A stretch of 64,000 nucleotides of DNA, from the NCBI GenBank assembly GCA_018670095.1, contig JABHRR010000040.1, positions 7,331 to 71,330 of the forward strand, given 5' to 3'. This DNA is from Candidatus Woesearchaeota archaeon. Lineage in GTDB: Archaea; Nanobdellota; Nanobdellia; Woesearchaeales; GW2011-AR9. Position numbers and translations under genes: made by a program. Below are positions 26,789 to 36,742 of the stretch, piece by piece. Each line of letters starts with the position of its first letter. Within the stretch, counting starts at the first letter, position 1. The notes beneath the pieces are model-generated. The model was not told the DNA's origin. It worked only from the letters and a program-made list of their open reading frames with translations, and did not search any database.

Positions 26789-27946
26789 TCATTTATCTTC
26801 AAGATCTACTTTTATGAAACCGGAATGAGTCCTAAATAGAGGAACAATAAAAATAAATGAAATGAAAAGGATAATAACTGAAAAAAGATAAATAATTCGT
26901 GATTGACTTATCCAAAATAATAATATAGCAAATAATACTCCAGCTTGTTGTGCCATTAAAAATAAAGCAGATAAAGATTCTGTGTTTTCAGTAACAACTA
27001 TGTCTTTCAATAAAGAAATAGTTAAAGGGTTAGTTATTGCTGAACCAAGAGCCAAAAGAACAATCCCCATTACCAGAAAAAATGGGGAATTGCCAAGATA
27101 AAGAGCGATAAGACCTAAAGATATTATTAGATAAGAAAAAAACACCATAAGAGTTTTTCCTTTTTTGTCAGATAATTTCCCTAATGAATAAGAGAAGAAA
27201 ATTGGAAAAATGTAAAATAGAGATGACAAACCACCAACATATTTAATCCCAAGCGTGTGGTATATATTCAAAGGGATAATACTAATAGCCATACCAATAA
27301 CAAAAGTGAAAGAAAACCAGATAGTTGCTAATTTTAAAATTGTTTTGTTACGGAGATATTTTCCAAATAGACCTAGTTGATCATTTTTCGGGGAAAATTT
27401 TGTTTCTTTTAAAAAAGAAAGTAAGATAAAACCAGCAAATGGAAATAAAGAAAAAATGATGAATGAGAGATCAAAAGAATATCTAATAACAAAAAAACTG
27501 AAAACAAAAACACTTAATATTGAACTTAATGACATTAAGACACTAAAATATCCCGCATTTCTACCAGCAAGATGATCTTTGCTAAATTTTAAAAAATAAC
27601 ATCTTTGACCAACCCATAATAAAGATCCTGCAATACCCAGTAAAGCAGATGAAATAAAGATAATAATTACAGAATTGGTCAAAAGTGATAAAATAAACAT
27701 TGAATAAAATAAAGAAGAGACCACCATTGATTTTTTTGAACCTATTTTTGCAATTATATGGGCAGAAAAAGGGTTTGAAATTGCAACAAATAAATAAATT
27801 ATAAAAAGTATCGTAAATCCAAGAGAACCTAAACCTTTTTCAGTGAAAAATGTGGTAATGTGTTGCTGGACACCAACATAACCTAAAAAAATAAACAGAA
27901 AAGCCAATGATAAAACTTTGATTTGCTTATCAACTTTTATGGCCAT
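26789..27946 (-). CDS. polytopic membrane transporter (MFS-like), about 10-12 TM
   Basis: Hydrophobicity pattern only. Confidence 0.4.
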   Translation of the reverse strand: MAIKVDKQIKVLSLAFLFIFLGYVGVQQHITTFFTEKGLGSLGFTILFIIYLFVAISNPFSAHIIAKIGSKKSMVVSSLFYSMFILSLLTNSVIIIFISSALLGIAGSLLWVGQRCYFLKFSKDHLAGRNAGYFSVLMSLSSILSVFVFSFFVIRYSFDLSFIIFSLFPFAGFILLSFLKETKFSPKNDQLGLFGKYLRNKTILKLATIWFSFTFVIGMAISIIPLNIYHTLGIKYVGGLSSLFYIFPIFFSYSLGKLSDKKGKTLMVFFSYLIISLGLIALYLGNSPFFLVMGIVLLALGSAITNPLTISLLKDIVVTENTESLSALFLMAQQAGVLFAILLFWISQSRIIYLFSVIILFISFIFIVPLFRTHSGFIKVDLEDK

Positions 27947-28003
27947 TGAAAAGTTTAAAAAAATGCTACTTATATATCTTACTAAATTATGTTCAATAAA
28001 TGA

Positions 28004-28981
28004 TTAAGAAAAATTAAATTGGTTAACTCTTTCTCTAGACTTAATCATTTTGTAACATATCTCAATAGTTTTAGCTGACAAATTATGATTCTGTGCTTTA
28101 TCTAAAAGAACTCCAAGCGTACTATCTGCTTCTGTCAATTTTTTCCCAAGACGAATATCTTGTACTAATGAGGACACAGGGGATTCTATTTCAATGAGTT
28201 TCTTTCCTAGAGAATAAAATTTTAATTTACTTTCTTTTCTGTCAATCAAAAAATTAGAAAGTAAAAGTGGATGATCCCCCAATAAAATATTTTCAGCTAA
28301 AGAAACTGTTTTAATTTCTTCCAAGGAATCTAAGAGTAATTCTAATGCAAAATCATTATTAAATAATTCTACAGCATTATAATTTAATGCTCCAGAAACC
28401 GCAAAACCAGAAACACAATTCATAAATTTATACCAAGTTAAAGTCTCCAGGTCATTGCTAACACCGGTCAAAAGGCCACAATCATTCAATACAGAAGTTA
28501 AATCTTCAGCCATCTCTTGTTTAATAGTATTGTTTTCTTCTTTAAAAATGCCAAAATAAGTGGCGCCTTTATTAGAATAATAAATTTCTCCAGGGGCAGT
28601 CATTTTTGCTGCTTCATTTACAACACAACCTAAAACTCTTTCTAACCCAAAAGAAGAGATTAATTTATCATCTTTTAAACCATTCTGGATAGAAGCAACT
28701 AAATCAAATTTAATTCTATTATTTTTTAAATAATTAAGTAGATTATCTGTGTCATAAGTTTTAACTCCAACAATGCCTAAATCAAAATGTTCATCACTTA
28801 ATTCAGAGACCGCCCTTAATTCATATTCTTTTTCTCCATTAATTCCAAGAATCTTTAACGCAGTAGAAGAAATTTTCTCTATGTGGTTCTGTCTACCATA
28901 AAGAGTAACATCATGCTTTTTAGAAAGATAAGCTCCAAGCAATGAACCCAAAGCACCAGCACCAAAAATTCCAATTTTCAT
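28004..28981 (-). CDS. ketopantoate reductase (ApbA/PanE) family 2-oxoacid reductase
   Basis: MKIGIFGAGALGSLLGAYL N-terminal Rossmann motif; two-domain ApbA layout. Confidence 0.6.
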   Translation of the reverse strand: MKIGIFGAGALGSLLGAYLSKKHDVTLYGRQNHIEKISSTALKILGINGEKEYELRAVSELSDEHFDLGIVGVKTYDTDNLLNYLKNNRIKFDLVASIQNGLKDDKLISSFGLERVLGCVVNEAAKMTAPGEIYYSNKGATYFGIFKEENNTIKQEMAEDLTSVLNDCGLLTGVSNDLETLTWYKFMNCVSGFAVSGALNYNAVELFNNDFALELLLDSLEEIKTVSLAENILLGDHPLLLSNFLIDRKESKLKFYSLGKKLIEIESPVSSLVQDIRLGKKLTEADSTLGVLLDKAQNHNLSAKTIEICYKMIKSRERVNQFNFS

Positions 28982-29013
28982 TTTTAATAAAAATATAAAT
29001 TAAACTAAATTAA

Positions 29014-30105
29014 TCAAACTAAATCAGCAAAACTAACTAAATCGTCAACTTTTAATTCTGTTTTTAATTTTCTTCCAACTACAAAATTTATTTCTGAAGG
29101 TTGAATACCAATTCCTGGCCTTTTTAATGCAAGATCCTCTTCACTAATAATCTCTCCAGCGGTCATATCTCTATTAGCAACAATACTTCTTCTAAATAAT
29201 GCTCTTTTATCAATTTCATCTTGAGGAAGAATACGTTGGTGACTACCTAACGATTTCCAAATCTCTTTTGAATTATTAACAATTATCATCAATTCTTCTG
29301 GAGTGGCAGATACTTTATGGTCCCATCCCGGAAGATTTTTATCAAGAGTAAAATGTTTTTCAATTACACACGCACCTTTAGCGACCGAAGCCAAAGAAAT
29401 AGTATTACCAATAGTATGATCAGACCACCCAATCGGAAAAGGAAAATTTCTTCGAAAAAGGTCTAAATTATTTAAATTAATATTTTCATTTTTTGGAGGA
29501 TAAGTTGAAACACAATGAAGCAAAACTAATTGATCATTTCCTGTTTTGACAATAGTATCGACGGCTTTAATAATTTCATGAAAAGAAGCCATACCTGTTG
29601 AAATAATAATTGGTTTATTTTTTCGAGCAAGATAATCTAAAAAATCATAATTGTTTAAATCCATAGATGCAACTTTAATAAAATCCATACCTAATTCATC
29701 AACTAAAAAATCTACAGCGTTTCGGTCAAGAGGAGTGCAAGAAAAAATGATATTCTTTTCATCACAATACCTCTTTGCTTCGCTCAATAATTCTTTTGAA
29801 GCCATATATTCTTGCATTTCTCTTTTTAATTCTGGATGAACATCAGTAAAAAAACGTTGTAAAGAAGAAGATTCTTCCATTAATTTTAGCCTTCTTTCAT
29901 CCCCTTCATAACAAGCCTCCGAAAACAAATTAGTATCAAAAGCTTGAAACTTAACAGAATCAGCCCCAACTTCAACTGCTTTATCAATTAACTGTTTTGC
30001 CAGTTCAAGATTACCATTATGATTAGAACCAATCTCCGCAATAATAAATGGTTCACCAAAATTTTTTATTTCCTTATTTTTAATCTTTACGATTTTTTCT
30101 CCCAT
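29014..30105 (-). CDS. NeuB-family nonulosonic acid synthase (sialic/pseudaminic/legionaminic acid synthase) with C-terminal SAF domain
   Basis: FIIAEIGSNHNGNLELAK motif and C-terminal SAF-like region. Confidence 0.8.
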   Translation of the reverse strand: MGEKIVKIKNKEIKNFGEPFIIAEIGSNHNGNLELAKQLIDKAVEVGADSVKFQAFDTNLFSEACYEGDERRLKLMEESSSLQRFFTDVHPELKREMQEYMASKELLSEAKRYCDEKNIIFSCTPLDRNAVDFLVDELGMDFIKVASMDLNNYDFLDYLARKNKPIIISTGMASFHEIIKAVDTIVKTGNDQLVLLHCVSTYPPKNENINLNNLDLFRRNFPFPIGWSDHTIGNTISLASVAKGACVIEKHFTLDKNLPGWDHKVSATPEELMIIVNNSKEIWKSLGSHQRILPQDEIDKRALFRRSIVANRDMTAGEIISEEDLALKRPGIGIQPSEINFVVGRKLKTELKVDDLVSFADLV

Positions 30106-30211
30106 TTTAATTACAAACTAAAATAAAGCTTATAAACTTTATGAAGGCCATTTTTGTATCTAAATATATATTTCCTAACATTTATAAATAGAATTTAACC
30201 TAAAAGAAAAG

Positions 30212-30748
30212 ATGACCTTAGTACAAAAAATAACAAAGATAAAAATCTTAAATAAAGTATTAGGAAATCTCTATTTGGGGTTAAGATTATTTTATCAAGA
30301 AATGAAATGCCAAGAATTTAGGAAAAAATATGATCTCCATCCAACTTTTAGATTTAATGGACCAAATACCATCTTTTATGGTGATGGAAATATAGAAGGA
30401 GGTAAAAGTTCCCATATAGGAAGATCGAGTGCAATCTATGTTTCTAAGGGAAATAAAGTGACTATTGGAGAGAATTGTTCTATAAGTCATTATGTTACTA
30501 TGTATACTGAAAGTAAAAAAACAAACCAAGACTTTTCAATAAAACCGCATCAGCAAGAGTCTGGAGATATTATGATTGGAAACCATTCTTGGATTGGGGT
30601 TGGAGTGTTTATAAAACATGGAGTTAAAATCGGAAAGAATTGTATTATTGGAGCAAATAGTGTTGTTACAAAAGACATTCCTGATTATTCTATAGCTGTA
30701 GGCGCTCCAGCAAGAGTAGTAAAAGAAATAAGCACAATAAAACAATAA
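30212..30748 (+). CDS. hexapeptide-repeat sugar acetyltransferase (NeuD/maltose O-acetyltransferase-like)
   Basis: GNHSWIGVGVFIKHGVKIGKNCIIGANSVV beta-helix repeats. Confidence 0.65.
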   Translation: MTLVQKITKIKILNKVLGNLYLGLRLFYQEMKCQEFRKKYDLHPTFRFNGPNTIFYGDGNIEGGKSSHIGRSSAIYVSKGNKVTIGENCSISHYVTMYTESKKTNQDFSIKPHQQESGDIMIGNHSWIGVGVFIKHGVKIGKNCIIGANSVVTKDIPDYSIAVGAPARVVKEISTIKQ

Positions 30749-30793
30749 CTCCATTTCAATAAGTTTAAATACAAATGATTAAAATTCATTATT

Positions 30794-31939
30794 ATGCGAA
30801 TTGCTTTATTAGTTTCAGGAATGCTTCAAAAGAAAACAGAATCTTTAACTATAACAACACAAGAGTTTGCTAAAAAACTTACTAAAAAAAATCATAAAGT
30901 TTTTATTATTACACAAAAGAAGTTTCCTTCTCCCTCAATAGAAATTAAAGACAAAATAACTTACTATCGAATAAATAAATGGGGTAAATTCTCATTATAC
31001 AACAAATTAATCTCTTTTCCTTTTGCAATCAGAAAAATGCAAAAAGAGGGAAAATTTAATATTATTCACGGATTTAGTGCTTCTCCAATTTTGGTCCTAA
31101 GGGGTATCTTGGCAAAAAATTTCTTCTCTAATAAAACAAAGATAGTTCATACATTAAAATCTTACCCCATCAAAAAAGATGTTAAAGCAGGAGGAAAAAA
31201 TAAATTAATCAGTAGAATTGGTGATTGGGGATATAAATTACTTAATTTAGCAGATATAATAACTGTACCCACAAATGTTCATGCTAAAAAATTAATTAGG
31301 AAAGGAGTAAATAAGAATAAAATTAAAGTGATTCATTCATTTATAAACCTAGATAAATTCTTTCCAAAAGATAAAAAAAAACTTAAAGAACAATATGGAT
31401 ATCAAGATAATAAAGTTATTTTTAATTATGGTTCAATGTGGGAAATAAAAGGTACAGACCAATTGATAAAATCTATGCCTGATCTAATAAAACAGTTTCC
31501 AAACGTCCGGTTACTCCTTGCTCCTAGAAACAGAAAACAAGCATTAAATAAATACCTAAAAGTAATACAAGAAATGGAATTGACAAAATATGTCCAGTTT
31601 ATATTAGAAGATGTAAATATCGAGGATTATGTAAACCTAGCAGATGTAATAGTGCTCCCTTATCCTCACTTAGAAGGAACAGAAGGTAATCCTTCTTGTC
31701 TTTTAGAAGCATTAGCATGTAAAACACCTGTAGTAACAACCAATTTGCCAGAATTAAATGAATTGTTCTCAGAATGCACAAAAGTAGTAGAACCAAATAA
31801 TATTGAAGAACTCACTAAGATGGTATCCTTTGTTTTAAAAAATGATAACCAAAGAATAATTGAAGAAGGATTAAAAATTGCACAAAAATTCAATATTGAC
31901 CAAAATGTTGATTCTTTTATTTCTGTGTATAATGAATGA
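30794..31939 (+). CDS. glycosyltransferase family 4 (GT-B)
   Basis: EGTEGNPSCLLEALACKTPVV E-X7-E motif. Confidence 0.7.
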   Translation: MRIALLVSGMLQKKTESLTITTQEFAKKLTKKNHKVFIITQKKFPSPSIEIKDKITYYRINKWGKFSLYNKLISFPFAIRKMQKEGKFNIIHGFSASPILVLRGILAKNFFSNKTKIVHTLKSYPIKKDVKAGGKNKLISRIGDWGYKLLNLADIITVPTNVHAKKLIRKGVNKNKIKVIHSFINLDKFFPKDKKKLKEQYGYQDNKVIFNYGSMWEIKGTDQLIKSMPDLIKQFPNVRLLLAPRNRKQALNKYLKVIQEMELTKYVQFILEDVNIEDYVNLADVIVLPYPHLEGTEGNPSCLLEALACKTPVVTTNLPELNELFSECTKVVEPNNIEELTKMVSFVLKNDNQRIIEEGLKIAQKFNIDQNVDSFISVYNE

Positions 31940-31994
31940 GTATAGTAATTATGGTGATTATATAAAAAGAAGTAGAAGTAGAAGAACTTTACAA

Positions 31995-33392
31995 TTACAA
32001 ATTATTACTTTTTTTCTCCATTAAATATAATGTCCTACATGAACTATTTATTTTCTTTTTCTCAACTATTGTAAAAAACTCATTAAACTCTTTTTCGAAG
32101 TGATCAATGTAATACTCAGTAAAAATATCTTTTCGAGAAGACAACAATTTTTTAACTTGAGAGTCTTCTTTTGGAACAAATTCAATAATTAAATATTTAC
32201 AAGCCTTTGAGAAAAAATGAGCTATTTTACTTAAAGGAACATTATTTGAAATTGCTAAATGATGGATTAATGCTAATGCAAAAACCAGATCCACTGGACC
32301 ACGATTAATAAGAGAATTTCTTTCATCACAACCCCAACCAAGATTAGGACTAGGGTTGGTCAAATCCAATAATAGAGGTAATTGATAACCGTTCTTATTA
32401 TTTTTTTGGCGCAAATAATTTCTTTCAACACAAGAAAAATCAACATCAAAAGCAATAGTTGTGATCTTGTTATCTGAGGTGATATCACTAAAAAACCCAT
32501 CATTTGCACCCAGGTCCCAAACCATTTTAGGGCTAACTTTTTTAACAAACTCTTTAACTAATTCTTTTTTGTGTAAAAGGGAAACATCATCATAATTACA
32601 ATTCCCAGAATAGTAAGTATCCCATTCGGTATTTCGTTTTGCTTTTGGTAGATTCTTAATTGCTTTTTCCAAACTATTAATAATACCTTTAAATTGTAAT
32701 TCCCCAAAGGAATTTTTTCCTTTTTCTTTTTGAATATTTTTATCAGAATATCTTTTAAGTGCTTTTGAATGTAAACTAAGATGAAAAATAATACCTGCTT
32801 TAAATTTAGATTTAGTTGGAAGTAAAGAATTTGCCAAATCTAAAGGAATCCCATCAATATATGATCTTAACAAAGTATTTAATCTATCATCTCGATACGA
32901 CATTAGTGCTAAAGGGGCAAGGAAATGTTGACAAAATTGTTTATAACCCTCCCAGGGTTTTCCTGGGACATATTTCTCAAAAGATAAGGTATCAATAAAA
33001 ATAGGATTAGACCCGATAAATTGAATATTATAGGCACTAGCATCTTTAATTACCATGCCATAATCTAATGATTTTTTTAGAATTTTTAAAGTAAGAAGAG
33101 CAGCATCTTTAAGTTGACTAAAGCTCCACTCATATGGATAAGAAACAAAAGGGATAATTTCAGGTTGAATTATTTTATATCCAAAATCATCTTCAAATGA
33201 GAATTTATCAACTTCTTGGTGTGAAACTAAAAGATTTAATTTTACCAAATTATTGTAAAGTCCAGAATTCATTAATAATTCATAATTATCTTTATAACTT
33301 TTATTTATTTGACGATAAAGAACTTCACTTTCAAAAAAAAGAAATCCGTTAGGGTCACGAAACGAACCAGAAACTTTAGAAATATTATCCAT
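31995..33392 (-). CDS. two-domain protein: N-terminal kinase-like (PKL-fold?) domain + C-terminal class I SAM-dependent methyltransferase
   Basis: C-terminus has MVWDLGANDGFFS (motif I) and a downstream acidic/hydrophobic motif. N-terminus has IKDASAYNIQF and IFIDTLSF, reminiscent of a phosphotransferase catalytic loop and DFG-like loop. The N-domain call is weak. Confidence 0.4.
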   Translation of the reverse strand: MDNISKVSGSFRDPNGFLFFESEVLYRQINKSYKDNYELLMNSGLYNNLVKLNLLVSHQEVDKFSFEDDFGYKIIQPEIIPFVSYPYEWSFSQLKDAALLTLKILKKSLDYGMVIKDASAYNIQFIGSNPIFIDTLSFEKYVPGKPWEGYKQFCQHFLAPLALMSYRDDRLNTLLRSYIDGIPLDLANSLLPTKSKFKAGIIFHLSLHSKALKRYSDKNIQKEKGKNSFGELQFKGIINSLEKAIKNLPKAKRNTEWDTYYSGNCNYDDVSLLHKKELVKEFVKKVSPKMVWDLGANDGFFSDITSDNKITTIAFDVDFSCVERNYLRQKNNKNGYQLPLLLDLTNPSPNLGWGCDERNSLINRGPVDLVFALALIHHLAISNNVPLSKIAHFFSKACKYLIIEFVPKEDSQVKKLLSSRKDIFTEYYIDHFEKEFNEFFTIVEKKKINSSCRTLYLMEKKSNNL

Positions 33393-33403
33393 TTTATTAA
33401 TTA

Positions 33404-33610
33404 TTATTCTTTGTTTTTATTAAACAAACGAGATTTTAGTTTATACCATCTCGCTTTAATTATAAACCCAGCTGCAACAATCCCACCTAATAGTATTTGA
33501 AGCATCATACTTCCAGAACCAGGATCTAAATAAGCATAAACTGGCTTTAAATAAATAAGAAAAACACCCAGGAATACAATACATTTTTTTAAAAAGATAT
33601 TATTTCTCAT
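33404..33610 (-). CDS. small membrane-anchored protein, unknown function
   Basis: 68 aa, N-terminal hydrophobic segment, a second TM and a basic tail. Confidence 0.3.
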   Translation of the reverse strand: MRNNIFLKKCIVFLGVFLIYLKPVYAYLDPGSGSMMLQILLGGIVAAGFIIKARWYKLKSRLFNKNKE

Positions 33611-33691
33611 GATATATATTAAAAAAGTAGTTTTTTATAAATTTATCTATTCTAGAAAATAAAAAACAAAAAGAGAATATTAATTATTAGA

Positions 33692-35041
33692 TTACCACCA
33701 ATTTCGCATTAAATAACTGGAGATATGGTTAATAATGATGTCTCTATTTTTCTCTTTATTCAATGTTTTTATCTTTAAATCATAATTAAACTTGTTAAAA
33801 ATGGCCATTTGTCGATCTAACTCAGAAACAGATTCTTCTGGCCTTCTCTCATGAAGGGTCTGAGCAGAATTGTATAAGTAAATAGAAATTGTTGGCTTTG
33901 GGAATAAGCCAAGTAATATCCTTTTAAACCAAAAAGGAACATTTTCCATTAAAATTATATCAGAACAATAACGATCTGTAATTACTATATTCTTATTAAA
34001 CCTTTTTGGAAAAATTCTGAACCAGTATCGTAAAAATAGGTCTAAACTGAAAACTGGAGCCGCTAAAGTGTATAATATCTTTCTTTTAATTTTTCCATTC
34101 AAACTTTTTTTATTTGTATTATTAGGATTACTTTTAGCAATTTCAGAAACTAATGTTTTAGGATCTGGCCGAATTCCGTCATTTATTTTTTCTGCACGTT
34201 TGTATTTTCTTCCAATTAAACTAATAGGAAGAATATGATCTCTCCCTCTTCCAGTATAAACTAAAGAGGTGTTTTTTCCCGAATCTCTGAGAAAAACATT
34301 TAGATGATTGACAAGAGTAGACTTTCCTGAACCATCTGGGCCAATAACACTAATTAAAGGTGCAATATTAAAAGGGTTCTTTCTTTGTTTCACCCAGCGA
34401 AAGAATAAAGCAATAAATATAGTTAAATGGTTCGGTTTTTTTAAAAGAAAGTAAGTAACTAAGTTTTTTGTTTTGATTTTATCAAACTGGTTATTTCTTA
34501 CTAAACAAATTAATTCTTTTGCGACTTTCTTATTAAAAATATTAGAAAGATGGTCATAAATATATTTATTATTCACACTATTAATTAATTCTAATAAAAT
34601 TCTTTGATATTTTTGTTTAAAGAATCTTTTTCCTAAGATTGAATGAACCAAAAGCATTACAAAAGTATTGTCATTGTTTGGGACATTAAAAAATTCTTTT
34701 TTGAGTCTATTTCCAAGAATTATCTTCTCATCCAAATAACAAATATCATTCCAATGAACCCCTCCAACCTGAATATCAAAACTAACTTTTTTAAGATTAA
34801 TTAATTTAAAAAAAGCTTTGTGTTTTAATGAGAATTGTTGTGTTCTCTCTTCGAAACCATTCTCAATTAGAATTTTTCTCATCTTTTCATAATCTTTTTT
34901 AGAAACAACAGTATCCAAACTTTCAATATCGCTTGGTTTTCCCCCATTTAACAAAAATTCATAATTTCTTAGAATACAATAAGAAATACTTTCTCCTTCA
35001 AATTCTTTTAGTACAGTTTTGATAAATTCTATTCGTTCCAT
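33692..35041 (-). CDS. two-domain protein of unknown function: N-terminal conserved domain + thymidylate-kinase-like P-loop kinase domain (paralog of the 12071..13510 protein)
   Basis: Walker A GPDGSGKST and DRY (IVITDRYCSD) motifs. The N-domain aligns with the 12071 protein and has an SDIESLD acidic cluster suggesting a Pol-beta/LicD-like nucleotidyltransferase fold. Confidence 0.5.
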   Translation of the reverse strand: MERIEFIKTVLKEFEGESISYCILRNYEFLLNGGKPSDIESLDTVVSKKDYEKMRKILIENGFEERTQQFSLKHKAFFKLINLKKVSFDIQVGGVHWNDICYLDEKIILGNRLKKEFFNVPNNDNTFVMLLVHSILGKRFFKQKYQRILLELINSVNNKYIYDHLSNIFNKKVAKELICLVRNNQFDKIKTKNLVTYFLLKKPNHLTIFIALFFRWVKQRKNPFNIAPLISVIGPDGSGKSTLVNHLNVFLRDSGKNTSLVYTGRGRDHILPISLIGRKYKRAEKINDGIRPDPKTLVSEIAKSNPNNTNKKSLNGKIKRKILYTLAAPVFSLDLFLRYWFRIFPKRFNKNIVITDRYCSDIILMENVPFWFKRILLGLFPKPTISIYLYNSAQTLHERRPEESVSELDRQMAIFNKFNYDLKIKTLNKEKNRDIIINHISSYLMRNWW

Positions 35042-35122
35042 GGAAAATCTAATTTTTTATTTTTAGCTATATAAAGATTGTTAGGATTCATCATATAATA
35101 AATAAAATTTCATTTGATATAT

Positions 35123-36607
35123 TTATTTTCTAACTAACTTGGAGTAATATTTTATTTCATCTAAATTTAGTAAACCAAAAGTGTAAGCTAAAAATAAATA
35201 AACTAATCCGGCAATAATCAAACCAACAATCATTTCAAACCAAATATTAAAGCTAAAAAAACTTTTTATTATAGCTAAAGTGATTAAAAACCCGAATGTA
35301 GGAAAAATTAATGTAACCCATTCTTTTAAAGGTAATTTAAGGGTTACCTGTTTCTTAGTCTGATAAGTGGATAATAATAACATCATTAAATAACTTAAGG
35401 TCGTAGATATCGCAGCACCATTAATGCTTAACAAAGGGATCAAAATTATATTTAAGACTACGTTCAATGAAGCAGTAGACAAAATAATTGCCATCACTAT
35501 TTTTGGTTTTCCAATACCTGAAATAAAATTATTATTTACTGAGGCTAAAACATAAAAAGAAACACCAATTAAAAGAATCTTAAATGCGGTGACCCCAGAA
35601 ACATATTCTAATCCAAACAATTTTACAATCAGAACATCTGTATAAACATAAATGATTAAGAAAAAAGGGATTATAGTTACAAAAGTATACTTATATAACA
35701 ATGTTAAACCTTTACTTAGCTTTGTTTGATCCTTTTTTGCCCATAATTCTGAGGATAAAGGAAAAAGTACTGCAGAGATGGCTTTACTAAAAAATAAAAA
35801 GATTAAAGCTGATGGTAAAATGGCATTATAAACTCCTACTTCTGACAAAGTTCCAAAATAAGTTAAGATTATTGTGTCTATATAACCAATAAGTTTCCCC
35901 CCAATTGAGGTTGCGAATACTGGTATTCCAAACAAAAAAAGTTTTTTGGATATTTTCTTTAAATGTACTACTTTATAACTAAAAAAATTAAATTTTCTAA
36001 ACAAAAAAGGAGCATAAATCAGAAAAAGAAGAGGACAAACTAAAGCATAGGCATATACGGGTGCAAAACTTTTTTGACCAAAATAAAAGAATATTAAAAT
36101 TAAAACCAAAACAATTAGATTTTTCATTAACTCCATAGAGGAGAAAAAAAACATTTCTTGAAAACCCTGAAATATTTGTTTGACAATTATAAAAAAAACA
36201 CTAAAGATAACATAAAAGACTAATATTCTTAAAATTAAAGATGCTTGTGGATTTTTAAAATAATATTGTGCCAAAAAACTTGAAGAAAAAATAAATATAA
36301 GAACAAAAATTATTGAACTAAATAATTGAATTGAGAAAACAGAAACAATTGCTGTTTTTATCTCATTAAACTGATTATTTACTTTAAACTCTGCCATATA
36401 CTTAACTAACGCCTGGCCTAATCCTAAGTCTCTAAAAAAAAGGAATAAAATAATAAAAGTGAAAACTGAATAAAATAATCCATATTCTTCAACAGAAAGA
36501 TTTCTTGCTAAAACTAAACGAGTAACATAAGCAACAACTGCAGCAAGAATGCTCATGATTAAAGTTATTCCTGCACCTCTAACGGCTCTCTTAGTATAAT
36601 TAACCAT
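35123..36607 (-). CDS. wzx: Wzx-type oligosaccharide flippase (polysaccharide biosynthesis protein, PST family)
   Basis: 494 aa, 12-14 TM, with a Wzx-like N-terminus. Confidence 0.65.
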   Translation of the reverse strand: MVNYTKRAVRGAGITLIMSILAAVVAYVTRLVLARNLSVEEYGLFYSVFTFIILFLFFRDLGLGQALVKYMAEFKVNNQFNEIKTAIVSVFSIQLFSSIIFVLIFIFSSSFLAQYYFKNPQASLILRILVFYVIFSVFFIIVKQIFQGFQEMFFFSSMELMKNLIVLVLILIFFYFGQKSFAPVYAYALVCPLLFLIYAPFLFRKFNFFSYKVVHLKKISKKLFLFGIPVFATSIGGKLIGYIDTIILTYFGTLSEVGVYNAILPSALIFLFFSKAISAVLFPLSSELWAKKDQTKLSKGLTLLYKYTFVTIIPFFLIIYVYTDVLIVKLFGLEYVSGVTAFKILLIGVSFYVLASVNNNFISGIGKPKIVMAIILSTASLNVVLNIILIPLLSINGAAISTTLSYLMMLLLSTYQTKKQVTLKLPLKEWVTLIFPTFGFLITLAIIKSFFSFNIWFEMIVGLIIAGLVYLFLAYTFGLLNLDEIKYYSKLVRK

Positions 36608-36742
36608 GACAACAAATTATTCGAAAACTGCCTTTTTAAAGTTATTGATACTATATTCTAACAATTCTCATTTATATTCTCTAGTAATGATTTCAGTGTT
36701 CCAGAAGCTTTTTAAACGCTCATTCCCAAAATAATTAATACC

